From Gloeobacterales cyanobacterium (GTDB taxonomy: Bacteria; Cyanobacteriota; Cyanobacteriia; Gloeobacterales; PMM-0068), in the NCBI GenBank assembly GCA_038245785.1, contig JBBRSB010000001.1, forward strand, positions 361,175 through 425,174: a stretch of 64,000 nucleotides of DNA, read 5' to 3'. Positions 46,727 through 56,319 of the stretch are shown here, piece after piece (the stretch's first letter is position 1; every line of letters begins with the position of its first letter). Position numbers and translations under genes: made by a program. A model generated the notes under the pieces. It was not told the origin of the DNA and did not search any database. It saw only the letters and a list, made by a program, of their open reading frames with translations.

Positions 46727-46769
46727 ACCCCTCAGTCCCTGCGGGACAGCTCCCCTGGGAGGGGAGCCT
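46727..46769 (+). repeat. Double-hairpin dispersed repeat, copy 4
   Basis: ACCCCTCAGTCCCTGCGGGACAGCTCCCCTGGGAGGGGAGCCT. Confidence 0.85.
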
Positions 46770-47098
46770 TTTCTGGGAGGAAAAGGAGCGCTCAGATTTG
46801 GGTACAGACACTGCCAAAGCGATAGTTCATTTGCTCACTGGGTCAACGGAATACGCGCAGGCCTAGACTTTCTAAAATCGCTGTGTGGGGAGCATCATAA
46901 GTTAATTTAAGCTTCCTGCGGAAAGTGGCTTTTGCCATCTACTTCCATAATCAAGCAGTGCGCGTGAATATACAAATCTGTGATTAGGACACTGGCGATA
47001 CACGCGTAAGGGGCACGGGATTAAGGCTAGCGCGTATCCTGCGGGCTCTAGGGATGCGCTTATTTGTGTAGTTGTAGTGTTATATTCTCAAAAAGCCC

Positions 47099-47163
47099 AG
47101 GCTCCCCTCCCTAGGCGAAGCCTTCCCGAAGGGTGGGGAGCTGTCCTGCAGGGACTGAGGGGT
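47099..47163 (-). repeat. Double-hairpin dispersed repeat, copy 5 (inverted, with nested insert)
   Basis: Reverse complement ACCCCTCAGTCCCTGCAGGACAGCTCCCC[ACCCTTCGGGAAGGCTTCGCC]TAGGGAGGGGAGCCT. Confidence 0.85.
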
Positions 47164-47193
47164 AAGGAATTACTGCAAGAGCTCTAGTCAGCC

Positions 47194-48096
47194 TTAAAGG
47201 CTTTTCCTGTAAGTGCTGGGCGTTACTCCGATGGTGCGACGGAAGAGGTCGGAGAAGTGGCTTTGACTTTGGAAACCAACCTGTTGCGTAATTTCTAGGA
47301 TGGACAAATTTCCCTTTGCTAAAAGCCGTTTTGCTTTATCAATCCGGCATTTGATTACATACTGGCCGGGAGAAATCCCCACCGATTGTTTGAACATGCG
47401 GGCAAAGTGATAGGGACTCATCTTTATTAGGTCAGCCAATGCTATCAAGCTTAGATCTTGGTCTAAATAATTGTGGATATAGTCTATCACCTGTTGTTGC
47501 TTGTACTTCGGCAAACCACCTCTATAGTCTTGGATGTTCTGTCGCCAAACAGCATGATTACGCAGTAGATGAACCGCCATCATTGTTGTTAGTGAATCGA
47601 AATAGAAGCGACTGCTGTTCTCTCCATTTTGAAGTTCATTTTTAAGCGCTAGACCCATGCCATGGATAAGCGTGTCGGTAGTTTTGAATCGTCGCATAAT
47701 CTCTAGAGGGCGGCCATCTAGAGATTCAAAGACAGATCTTAAAAGAAAATTGGGCTCAAGACGCACAATTAAAAATTCCTTTTCTCTAGACCAGCGGCAC
47801 TTGCTAGTTAGTTGGGCAGGAGCAATGGCAACATCACCAGCATGACAATGTTCACGGTGCCACTTTCCATCCTCGAAAGCATCTATAGTGTTAGCTGGAG
47901 TTAGGTGAATGACAACAGTATTCTGTTCATAACACATCTCAGGAGTCTCATGAACAGGCTGACGATGATACTCGACAAAAACGCCATCCGAAGCAGTTTT
48001 ATAACTTGATAAGATGGGCAAACGCGGGAAAATTGCTAGAATTCTATCTTTTTCCTCGATATCTAAAGATATCAAGCTTTCCTCTTTCATTTCCAT
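47194..48096 (-). CDS. AraC-family transcriptional regulator
   Basis: VIDYIH...LSLIALA...MSPYHFARMFKQSVG...VGFQSQSHFS. Confidence 0.93.
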   Translation of the reverse strand: MEMKEESLISLDIEEKDRILAIFPRLPILSSYKTASDGVFVEYHRQPVHETPEMCYEQNTVVIHLTPANTIDAFEDGKWHREHCHAGDVAIAPAQLTSKCRWSREKEFLIVRLEPNFLLRSVFESLDGRPLEIMRRFKTTDTLIHGMGLALKNELQNGENSSRFYFDSLTTMMAVHLLRNHAVWRQNIQDYRGGLPKYKQQQVIDYIHNYLDQDLSLIALADLIKMSPYHFARMFKQSVGISPGQYVIKCRIDKAKRLLAKGNLSILEITQQVGFQSQSHFSDLFRRTIGVTPSTYRKSL

Positions 48097-48478
48097 GCTC
48101 TACTAGCCTACTAAATAATTAGTCTTATTTCCCACTACTCAGTTCCAGTCTGTCATAAGATTAGCTCTTCGTTGCGTCTGATACATGCCGAAGATGTGTA
48201 CCAGATGTGTAACTGGTTGAAAAGCAAGATTCCGCTAAGCTGAGTTGATAACGGAGCTGAAATCTTCTCAGACAGGTGTAGGCGGGAGGCAGAGAAATAG
48301 CGGGCTACACCAGTTGGATTTATAGATCAAATATGAGAAAACGCACGACAAAATCGGTAGAAAATGCTGGCTCTTCCCTGAGCTGCATTACTTAGACCAC
48401 TAGCTTTTTATCCAAAATCGTAGAAGCGCTCATCAGCATTGCGGTGAAGCGTGTCAATTTATTAAGAACGATGAATTA

Positions 48479-48553
48479 TGGTGGCAATGGCTGGATTTGA
48501 ACCAGCGACAAAGCGGGTATGAACCGCTTGCTCTACCACTGAGCTACATTGCC
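48479..48553 (-). tRNA. tRNA-Met(CAT), elongator type
   Basis: GGCAATG TA GCTCAGTGGTAGAGC A AGCGG TTCATAC CCGCT TTGTC GCTGG TTCAAAT CCAGC CATTGCC ACCA; full cloverleaf, G1-C72 paired, encoded CCA. Confidence 0.93.
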
Positions 48554-48665
48554 GAGATCGCAAGCTTTTTAGTTTATCAGAATCATTGACTTTATGAGAA
48601 GAGAATTTTATATGCGCAAGCTAAGAGGGTTTAGCCCGCCCACACCGTGTTTCCGACTGTTCCGG

Positions 48666-49358
48666 CTACTCAGATCCCAGAGTCAATTCCAAGTACTTCT
48701 TGCGCACTTCCTGGATATCCTGCCACATCAGCCATTTGGGAGCCCCTGTTTCACGGGACTGGTTGCGCAAGAGATAGGCCGGATGAAACACAGGCATCAC
48801 CCAACGTCCTTCCCATTCCTGCCACGTTCCCCGGACTTTGGTAATGCCCCGCTTCTCTTTCAGAATTACCTGCATCGCATATTTTCCCGTCAGCAGAATC
48901 ACTTTCGGGTCTACTAAGCGAATTTGCTCAAAAAGATAGCCACTACATGCTTCTGCCTCTTTGGGGGAAGGATCGCGATTTTCTGGAGGACGGCACTTGA
49001 GCACATTACAGACATAGACATCTTCTTTTGGATCAAACTGGACCGATTCCAGGATTTTGTCTAAGAGCTGGCCCGATTTACCAACATAGGGAATCCCTGT
49101 CTGATCCTCATTCAAGCCCGGAGCTTCGCCGATAATCAATAATTTGGCGTTTGGATTGCCGCGCGAGACTACCGCATGGGTCCGCGACTTGCCCAGCTCA
49201 CAGCGTTGGCACTGGTTGCAATGCTGAGCGAGGATTATTAAATCTGGGTAGATCCCGGGTGGGATAGGGACTTTGGCATCTAGGGGAATCTTTTCCAAAT
49301 CAACTGTAGGCGTAGACTCTACGGGCAAAATAGAGCCAAAGAGATCAAATTGTTCCAT
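48666..49358 (-). CDS. Uracil-DNA glycosylase family 4
   Basis: CNQCQRCEL, IIGEAPG, VGKSGQLL, NVLKCRPPENRDP, FHPAYLLR. Start set at MEQFDLF. Confidence 0.93.
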   Translation of the reverse strand: MEQFDLFGSILPVESTPTVDLEKIPLDAKVPIPPGIYPDLIILAQHCNQCQRCELGKSRTHAVVSRGNPNAKLLIIGEAPGLNEDQTGIPYVGKSGQLLDKILESVQFDPKEDVYVCNVLKCRPPENRDPSPKEAEACSGYLFEQIRLVDPKVILLTGKYAMQVILKEKRGITKVRGTWQEWEGRWVMPVFHPAYLLRNQSRETGAPKWLMWQDIQEVRKKYLELTLGSE

Positions 49359-49461
49359 GAGGATCACAAAACCAGCGTCTTTAATCTTTGTAGCATTCAC
49401 CGCGACGTACGCACAGGTTATAACTGCTTCGCTAGTGACGTATTCCCTTCAAATAAAGGCC

Positions 49462-50346
49462 ATGCTCAAGAAAAATGCCCCCCCTGCGACCACGCACAAT
49501 CGCCTAAAACCCTGGTTAGATTTCTATCGCCCCTTCGATCCGCAGGGGGGGCGGTCGGGTGCGCAAGCTAGCCCAGAATCAGCTGCTCCTGAAGTTTCTC
49601 CCCTAAGCCTTAAAGGGCCACGGATTAGCGCTGGAGCAGAGGGTAACCAAAATCTCCCCCATTTCCGTATTCCCGATGAACTGCTTTCCGTGCTGCCTCC
49701 GAAGCCTCAAGAAATCGATATTGTGCCGATTATCCCGGAGTACTTTTTAAATACTTGGTTTGCTCGTTACGATGCCAGCAATTCTTTGCAGTGCCGAGGC
49801 AATGGCGATGGAGAAACTCCTGGCTTAGAGCGCAATCGCCAAACAGGATCTTGGATAGCAACGGCTCATCCCTGTGGTCACGGTTGTCCTAGCTATGAAC
49901 TGTACCTGGCCCAGCGGGGACAAAATGCCCAGCAGCGTCAAAAAATCAAAGAACAATTCCAGCAAGAACATCAAAAACCAATAGCGATGTGCACGGGTCT
50001 AGAAGTCCGTTTACTATTCTTGGTCGTTGGTCAAGATGGCAAACTCTACGGACCTTGCGATTTACGCTCCCACAGTATCTATTTCCTCAATGATGCCGCC
50101 GCGCAGGTCAAGGTGCTTCTCCAGATGGAAGCAGCAGGACGGATTGACTTGTGGCGTTCAGTTTTGACTCTGCACAAACAAAAGCAACGCGTGGGCCTAG
50201 CACAGGGTCCGAGTCGAGAGAACTATACGGTGGGCCTGAAAGTAAAACATCTTTCGGTTCCGGGTCTTTCGGTTCCTGCTCCTGCCACAGAGGAGACTCC
50301 AATAGAGCGATTTATTCTGCCGGAATTGGAGGCGAAATTAGTATAA
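49462..50346 (+). CDS. Hypothetical protein resembling phage Gp3-like recombination directionality factor family
   Basis: LPHFRI...PKPQEIDI...Y...LQCRGNGDGE...CGHGCP...C...RLLFLV...G...LRSHS pattern. Start set at ATG 49462. Confidence 0.55.
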   Translation: MLKKNAPPATTHNRLKPWLDFYRPFDPQGGRSGAQASPESAAPEVSPLSLKGPRISAGAEGNQNLPHFRIPDELLSVLPPKPQEIDIVPIIPEYFLNTWFARYDASNSLQCRGNGDGETPGLERNRQTGSWIATAHPCGHGCPSYELYLAQRGQNAQQRQKIKEQFQQEHQKPIAMCTGLEVRLLFLVVGQDGKLYGPCDLRSHSIYFLNDAAAQVKVLLQMEAAGRIDLWRSVLTLHKQKQRVGLAQGPSRENYTVGLKVKHLSVPGLSVPAPATEETPIERFILPELEAKLV

Positions 50347-50441
50347 CGATTGAAGTTAACCCTAATAGTTTTGGAGTCTGCGTGGCAGAGGAAGAATCTT
50401 TCAGAAAGACGAATATAAAATGCTTATGTATGTAGAGCACA

Positions 50442-50780
50442 ATGATGACTCCCACAGACCGTTTAGATAGTATTGATGCTCGATTAGAGCGTCTTGTTTT
50501 AGTCAGTGAGCAACAGGCCGCCAGCATAGAGCGAATAGCAGAAGCTTCTGAAGCCCAACGCCAATCTATTCAGACTATGGTGGGGGCTGTATCAGAATTG
50601 GCCTGGTCACATACACAACTATCCCAAACGAGCAGCCAATTGGTAGCCTTGGCGGAAAGGTCAGCTCAAGAGGGATCGGCTAATCTGGCCCAAAGTAATC
50701 AGATGGCTATGAGAGATGTAGAAAATCTATTACACGAACTGATAGAAGAACTGCGTCTGGGGAGAGGAGGCCAACCCTAA
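50442..50780 (+). CDS. Coiled-coil hypothetical protein
   Basis: TDRLDSIDARLERL heptads. Confidence 0.6.
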   Translation: MMTPTDRLDSIDARLERLVLVSEQQAASIERIAEASEAQRQSIQTMVGAVSELAWSHTQLSQTSSQLVALAERSAQEGSANLAQSNQMAMRDVENLLHELIEELRLGRGGQP

Positions 50781-50785
50781 TCGCA

Positions 50786-51424
50786 TTATCTCTGTAACAT
50801 CGCCCAAACAAAGCCTGCTCCACGTCCTTGGACTCTAGCCATCTTGATCCACAGCAAGGTCATGTGTTCCAGATGCAGACTCATGGAGAGATTACCCGTA
50901 TCAACAGGTTCCCATCCAAGCTGTTGACAAAAATCGGCAATAACCGATTTTGCAGCGGCATCATTGCCCGCAATCAACATGGCAGGTTTCAAGTCGCCAT
51001 ATCCCGGATAGTGGCTATCTTCAAAGTTTTCGTAGCCGTAAATAGTAAACGCTTTAACCACATAGGCATCGGGCTCCAGTTGCTGTAAGGTTTCGCTGCC
51101 GGATCGTTGACTTTGCAAGCCGTGTGCCAGGTCTGCACTCACAGGATTGGTGCAGTCCACTAAAACTTTCCCTTTGAGGGCAGATTTAAGTGGAGTTAGG
51201 ACAGATTCGATCGCAGCAAAGGGCGTTGCCAGAAACACCACATCCGCTGATTCAACCGCCTCCAGAGGTGACTGAACAAGAAGAGCAGGATTGCGGTTCA
51301 GGGCCTGTTGAACGGTCTGCGACTGTGGATCACGAGCGGCAATGACCACCGAGTGACCAAGTTTTTGCAAGTGATCGGCTAACGGTGCACCGACATTGCC
51401 AACACCAATAAAGGTAAGGTTCAT
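50786..51424 (-). CDS. NADPH-dependent F420 reductase-like oxidoreductase
   Basis: IGVGNVG, FLATPF, VDCTNP, VVKAF, AGND, PVDTG. Confidence 0.88.
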   Translation of the reverse strand: MNLTFIGVGNVGAPLADHLQKLGHSVVIAARDPQSQTVQQALNRNPALLVQSPLEAVESADVVFLATPFAAIESVLTPLKSALKGKVLVDCTNPVSADLAHGLQSQRSGSETLQQLEPDAYVVKAFTIYGYENFEDSHYPGYGDLKPAMLIAGNDAAAKSVIADFCQQLGWEPVDTGNLSMSLHLEHMTLLWIKMARVQGRGAGFVWAMLQR

Positions 51425-52137
51425 GAGTTAACTTCCAGTGCTTCCAAAACTAATTTTGCGGTTTCTGAACCAGAATTTTGCTGCTGTCCGGTGATCAAAT
51501 GACCATCCCGCACCGCATGGGGCGCAAAAGCTTCCTTTGTGACAAAATTTGCTCCTAATGCTTTTGCTTCGTCTTCAATCCGAAAAGGCATCACTTTCTG
51601 ACCCACCACCTGATCGGCATACTCTTCTTCACTGTTAGCAAAACCCGTCATCGTTTTACCGTGAATCAAATACGCTCCATTGGACAGCTTCGTTTCAAGC
51701 AGGACGCAAGTGCCGTGGCAAAGAGCAGCCGTGGGTTTACCTGTTTCGTAGAAGTTGACGAATCCTTGAATCAGGGCAGTATCTTGACGGAAGGTGAACA
51801 TGGGAGACTGCCCTCCACAGACAACGATCGCGTCAAATGCATTCATATCCAGATCAGCAATGGCGGATGTAGCGTCCAGTAATTGCATGAATTCGGGTTG
51901 ATCGATGTATTGCAACGAAAGCGTGTCCTCTTTGGAATAGCCAGAGGCATCACGTGGATCGCTCAAGCTATCAAATTCAACCTTGCCGCCCTTAGGACTG
52001 GCGATCGTCACCTGGCAACTTGCGTTGATAAATGAATCATAGGGATGAATCAATTCCGAGGCCCAGAAGCCCACCGGACCGCCCAGCGTTGTTGAGATCG
52101 ATGGATTGGCAACAATCAGCAGAATATGTTTACTCAT
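51421..52137 (-). CDS. DJ-1/PfpI (type 1 glutamine amidotransferase-like) protein
   Basis: GFWASELIHPY, ASPKGG, CGGQSPM, ALCHG, LITGQ. Confidence 0.9.
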   Translation of the reverse strand: MSKHILLIVANPSISTTLGGPVGFWASELIHPYDSFINASCQVTIASPKGGKVEFDSLSDPRDASGYSKEDTLSLQYIDQPEFMQLLDATSAIADLDMNAFDAIVVCGGQSPMFTFRQDTALIQGFVNFYETGKPTAALCHGTCVLLETKLSNGAYLIHGKTMTGFANSEEEYADQVVGQKVMPFRIEDEAKALGANFVTKEAFAPHAVRDGHLITGQQQNSGSETAKLVLEALEVNS

Positions 52138-52243
52138 GGAATTCCGTTTCTAAAGTACACGTAAGACCGTCAGTCGTATTCCAGTGTGTATCGGGTATCA
52201 TTTATTTGTCCAATGGATATTTTGTATATATTTCATTCAGCCC

Positions 52244-53149
52244 GTGAATCTTTCTGGAATCGATCTCAATCTGCTGGTAGTCTTCGATGCGCTCATAGCA
52301 GAGCGCCACGTTACTCGTGCCGGAGAACGCATCGGTTTAAGTCAACCTGCGACGAGTAATGCCCTGGCACGACTGCGGAATTTAACTGCTGATGAACTAT
52401 TTGTCAGAAGCGGTGGTGGATTACACCCCACACCTGTGGCAATCGCACTGGCCCAGCAAATTCAGCCTGCCTTAAAACAAATTCAAACGGCGTTATTACG
52501 AGAACAAAATTTTGACCCCACGATCAGCGATCGTGTGTTTTCCATTGGCATGACTGATTACGTCGAATTCGTGATCTTGCCTCGGTTACTGGAGGTTTTG
52601 GAAACCACTGCACCCAATGTCAAGATTCAAGTTCGAACAGGCGATCGCCCATACCTCTTCGCCTTGCTGGATAGCGGAGAAGTCGATCTCATCTGTGGAT
52701 TATTTCCAGAGCAAATTGCGTGGCATGAGGAACAGTTGCTCTTTCAAGAACAGTACGTTTGCGTGTGCCGCCGCGATCATCCCTTGATCGATGATTCCCT
52801 TTCACTCAAGGACTACCTTGCGGCTTCTCATTTGTTAGTGTCCATTCAGGAGGATAGGGTCGGTCGTGTAGACAAATTTTTAGCAAAACAAAACTTGAGA
52901 CGACACGTTACCCTGTCCATTCCTCATTTTTTAGTGGCACCGTTCATCCTTGCTCGTACCCATCTGGTTGCCACCCTGGCAGAACGAGTGGCAAACGAGT
53001 TTGTCAAAACCCAAAACTTAAAAATTCTTCCCTGCCCGTTACCGCTTGGGGGATTTTCTGTATTCGTGCGATCGCACCAAAGTACTCGTAACCATGCGAC
53101 CCACGTTTGGCTTAGAGCCGCAATTGCAGAGGTGGCGATGATAGTTTGA
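52244..53149 (+). CDS. LysR-family regulator (NodD/LeuO-like)
   Basis: IDLNLLVVFDAL..ERHVTRAG...LSQPATSNALARLR...DELFVR; divergent from the DJ-1 operon; GTG start 52244. Confidence 0.93.
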   Translation: MNLSGIDLNLLVVFDALIAERHVTRAGERIGLSQPATSNALARLRNLTADELFVRSGGGLHPTPVAIALAQQIQPALKQIQTALLREQNFDPTISDRVFSIGMTDYVEFVILPRLLEVLETTAPNVKIQVRTGDRPYLFALLDSGEVDLICGLFPEQIAWHEEQLLFQEQYVCVCRRDHPLIDDSLSLKDYLAASHLLVSIQEDRVGRVDKFLAKQNLRRHVTLSIPHFLVAPFILARTHLVATLAERVANEFVKTQNLKILPCPLPLGGFSVFVRSHQSTRNHATHVWLRAAIAEVAMIV

Positions 53150-53249
53150 AAGCGATTGGCTGGCAGCTCAGAAACGGTCCCAGTACAATAAATATTAAGG
53201 CTAAAAGAGTTTCTTCTCACTAGGCGGGGAGCTCCATGCCAAGGAAATA

Positions 53250-55094
53250 ATGACTGGACAACAAAAAAGTGACTTGGGGGAATTGAACCTACTAAAAAAG
53301 GCTGTACGCAAGTCCCTATCTGTATTTCGCTATGGCGGCAAAGCTTTGGCACTGGTATGGACTACCAGTCACACACTGACCGTAACCCTGGCCGTTTTGA
53401 CCTTGGTCGGTGGATTGTTGCCTGGTGTGATTGCCTACATCGGGAAGCTAATTGTCGATAGCGTGGTGTTGGCTTCTCGTAGCGGGTTGGTGAGCGATCG
53501 CAGTCTTGCCTTGAATTATGTGGCTGTTGAAGCAGCTGCGATTGTGATGTTAGCAGCCTCTCAGAGAGGTCTGGTGGTATGTCAACAGCTGCTGCGGGTT
53601 TTGCTCGGTCAACGGGTGAATGTATTGATCTTAGAAAAAGCGCTAACCCTGGATCTGGCTCATTTTGAGGACTCAGAATTTTACGACAAAATGACTCAGG
53701 CCCGTTCGGAAGCATCCAGTCGACCCTTATCCCTGATTAGCCGTAGCTTTGGGCTGTGTCAGTCTGCGCTGACTTTGTTGACCTTCAGCGGCTTGCTGTT
53801 AAAACTTTCTGTCTGGGCAGTATTGGTATTGATTGTGGCGGCGATTCCGTCTTTCATTGCCGAAACCCGTTTTTCCGAACATGCCTTTCGCTTGTTCCGC
53901 TGGCGCTCACCTGAAACGCGTCAGCAAAACTATTTAGAAACCTTGCTTGCCCGAGAGGATTATGCCAAGGAAGTGCAGCTTTATCAACTGGGTCCGATGC
54001 TGCTGCAACGTTACCGTGATACCTTTGCACGGCTTTATGGTGAAGACTCTAAACTCACGATTCAGCGGGGCGTTTGGGGCTATGGGCTAGGGCTACTCAG
54101 CACATCTGCATTTTATGGAGCCTATGCCTGGATCGTCATCGAAGCAATCGCGGGCACGATCAGTTTAGGCGAAATGACGATGTATCTGGTGGTATTTAGA
54201 CAGGGACAGTCAACTTTTGCCTCGGCCCTGACCTCTATCGGGGGGATGTATGAAGACAACCTTTATCTCGCCAATCTCTATGAATTTTTAGAGCAGCCGG
54301 TTCCCCAATCCAAGGGTAAATTGACTCAGGGAATTGTTCAGGATGGCATCCGGTTTGAGCATGTTTCCTTTAGCTATCCAGGCAGTCAGCAACCCGTTTT
54401 AAAAGATATCTCCTTGCACTTGCAGCTCGGCGAGAAACTGGCGATCGTGGGTGAGAACGGCTCTGGCAAAACCACGTTGATTAAGCTTCTGACAAGACTT
54501 TATACCCCAAGCAGTGGCAAAATTTTCCTGGATGGAGTGGATTTAAATGATTGGGATATTGATGTATTGAGACGACGAATTGGCGTAATTTTCCAAAACT
54601 TCGTTCAATATCAATTTACGGTTGGGGAGAATGTGGGTGTGGGAGATGTGGAACATCTCTATGACCGGGATGAGTGGGAAAATGCATCGGATAAAGGGAT
54701 GGCAAAATCCTTCATCAATGTTCTACCGCAGGGATTCAGCACACAGTTAGGAAAATGGTTTAAAGGAGGTCAGGAGCTATCGGGTGGGCAATGGCAAAAG
54801 ATTGCCCTTTCACGAGCTTTCATGCGCTCAGAAGCTGACATTCTTGTCTTAGATGAACCGACGGCGGCTATGGATGCCGAAGCCGAGATGAATATCTTTA
54901 ATCATTTCCGTTCCCTGACCAAAGACCAAATGGTGGTCTTGATCTCCCATCGTTTTTCTACGGTGAGAATGGCAGACAAAATCATCGTGATGGCAGGGGG
55001 TGAAATTGTAGAACAGGGAAGCCATGAGCAGTTGTTGGCAGCTAATGGACGCTATGCCTATCTGTTCTCTCTTCAAGCTGCAGGTTATCAGTAG
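53250..55094 (+). CDS. ABC transporter, fused permease/ATP-binding
   Basis: TM domain plus GENGSGKTT, LSGGQWQK, ILVLDEPT, ISHR. Confidence 0.94.
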   Translation: MTGQQKSDLGELNLLKKAVRKSLSVFRYGGKALALVWTTSHTLTVTLAVLTLVGGLLPGVIAYIGKLIVDSVVLASRSGLVSDRSLALNYVAVEAAAIVMLAASQRGLVVCQQLLRVLLGQRVNVLILEKALTLDLAHFEDSEFYDKMTQARSEASSRPLSLISRSFGLCQSALTLLTFSGLLLKLSVWAVLVLIVAAIPSFIAETRFSEHAFRLFRWRSPETRQQNYLETLLAREDYAKEVQLYQLGPMLLQRYRDTFARLYGEDSKLTIQRGVWGYGLGLLSTSAFYGAYAWIVIEAIAGTISLGEMTMYLVVFRQGQSTFASALTSIGGMYEDNLYLANLYEFLEQPVPQSKGKLTQGIVQDGIRFEHVSFSYPGSQQPVLKDISLHLQLGEKLAIVGENGSGKTTLIKLLTRLYTPSSGKIFLDGVDLNDWDIDVLRRRIGVIFQNFVQYQFTVGENVGVGDVEHLYDRDEWENASDKGMAKSFINVLPQGFSTQLGKWFKGGQELSGGQWQKIALSRAFMRSEADILVLDEPTAAMDAEAEMNIFNHFRSLTKDQMVVLISHRFSTVRMADKIIVMAGGEIVEQGSHEQLLAANGRYAYLFSLQAAGYQ

Positions 55095-55143
55095 GCTTCT
55101 TGCTCCTTTCCCCAACTCTGGGCAGGGGGGCTAACCTCATGTT

Positions 55144-56319
55144 TCAACGAGCATCCTGCGGAAGAAAGGTGCGGTCCATCGGTAGTGGTGCCACAGGCTC
55201 GGTTAGGGTGAACGTTCCTTTTTCAATCCATTGTTTAAGCTCTTCCGCTACTTTTTGGGCGAGGAATAGGCTCGATACAGGCGCTGTTTTAATCTTTTTG
55301 CCTTGGATCGTGATCGAGCCAGACTTTAGTTGCGCATAGCTCACCAATCCAAACGTGGGCCGCACTCTGCGCGGAATCGAGAAATCGACCACGGGAGCCA
55401 TAATTTCGCTATCAGGAATGGCCGCCCGCTCAATCACTTTTGGAGAGAGAACTGGTAAGGGAATGCCTACTCCCAACATGACAGAGGTTCCATAATTATG
55501 GAAGTGACAGCCTCGAACCCAGGAACTTTGCATCTGCTTGGCGTCTCCAATCAGAGCGAGAGTCGCCGCTGGACCTAAAGGGGTGCCATTGGGTAAGCGC
55601 TTCTGCAAAGGGAAATGCTGGGTTCCTTCCCAGGCAATATATCCCACTCCACCGCCCAAGAAAATCCGGGAGCCGATGCCGACGACTTCCAGTTCAGGGT
55701 CATTCAAGAGAGGAGAAATCGCTCCAGCATTGCCATAGACTGCATTGCCCAGGTTACTCTGGAGTGTTCCCAGATAGGTGTAGAGCGTCCGTTCCCCGCC
55801 ATTGACGCCCACTAAGAAATTCTGATAAGCATTGCGGGGATTGAATAAATAGAACTGATTGATCGAGTCTTTAGTAATTACGGTCTCAAAGGATTTGCGG
55901 GGATAGCAATCATTGGCGCTGCCGATACCCCGAAAACGTACTTCCTTTCCGCCTATTAGTTGTTCCATGACATGACCGCCGCCATACTGCCATTCTTCTG
56001 TTTCCATCGCACCAGATTCGCGGGTAGTCGGTTGCGCCGCTCCTAAAAATAAGTCCACCGCCCCAAAGCCACAGTAGACTTCCACATCGTTCAGCCAGGC
56101 TTTGGCCAAACGAATCGGAGGGTCCGTATGACCGAGATTGAGAATTGCTCCTGACCCTTCCATCGCTTCAAAGGTCCCCGTCGTGATCACATCCGTCTGT
56201 TCATAGGTTTTCTGAATCCCCTCCCGAATAGCCATCTCTTTAATCTCTTGAACCGTGCGCACGCGGACCGTTTTGTCCAGAATGCGTTCATTGATTTCGT
56301 CTAGGCTGCGGTGGCTCAT
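55144..56319 (-). CDS. Homocysteine biosynthesis protein (DUF39, aspartate-semialdehyde sulfurtransferase type)
   Basis: EINERI, DVITTGTF, GAVD.FLGA, YGGGHV, DCYPR, NPRNAYQN, SPLLNDP, IGSRIFLGG, GDAKQM, GVGIP. Confidence 0.88.
   Translation of the reverse strand: MSHRSLDEINERILDKTVRVRTVQEIKEMAIREGIQKTYEQTDVITTGTFEAMEGSGAILNLGHTDPPIRLAKAWLNDVEVYCGFGAVDLFLGAAQPTTRESGAMETEEWQYGGGHVMEQLIGGKEVRFRGIGSANDCYPRKSFETVITKDSINQFYLFNPRNAYQNFLVGVNGGERTLYTYLGTLQSNLGNAVYGNAGAISPLLNDPELEVVGIGSRIFLGGGVGYIAWEGTQHFPLQKRLPNGTPLGPAATLALIGDAKQMQSSWVRGCHFHNYGTSVMLGVGIPLPVLSPKVIERAAIPDSEIMAPVVDFSIPRRVRPTFGLVSYAQLKSGSITIQGKKIKTAPVSSLFLAQKVAEELKQWIEKGTFTLTEPVAPLPMDRTFLPQDAR

Noticed and set aside
46700..48478. Integrative island at the tRNA 3' end
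   Set aside because: No integrase and no duplicated tRNA 3' end (att site) found by eye.
48479..48553. tRNA(CAT) as tRNA-Ile2, the TilS substrate, given tilS 2 kb away
   Set aside because: The anticodon loop TTCATAC and A4/A5 acceptor pairs resemble elongator tRNA-Met rather than Ile2; G1-C72 pairing also excludes the initiator. The proximity is probably incidental.
49273..49461. Head-to-head overlap between udg and the 357-aa ORF
   Set aside because: Internal ATGs at 49358 (-) and 49462 (+) remove the overlap and leave a normal divergent promoter region.
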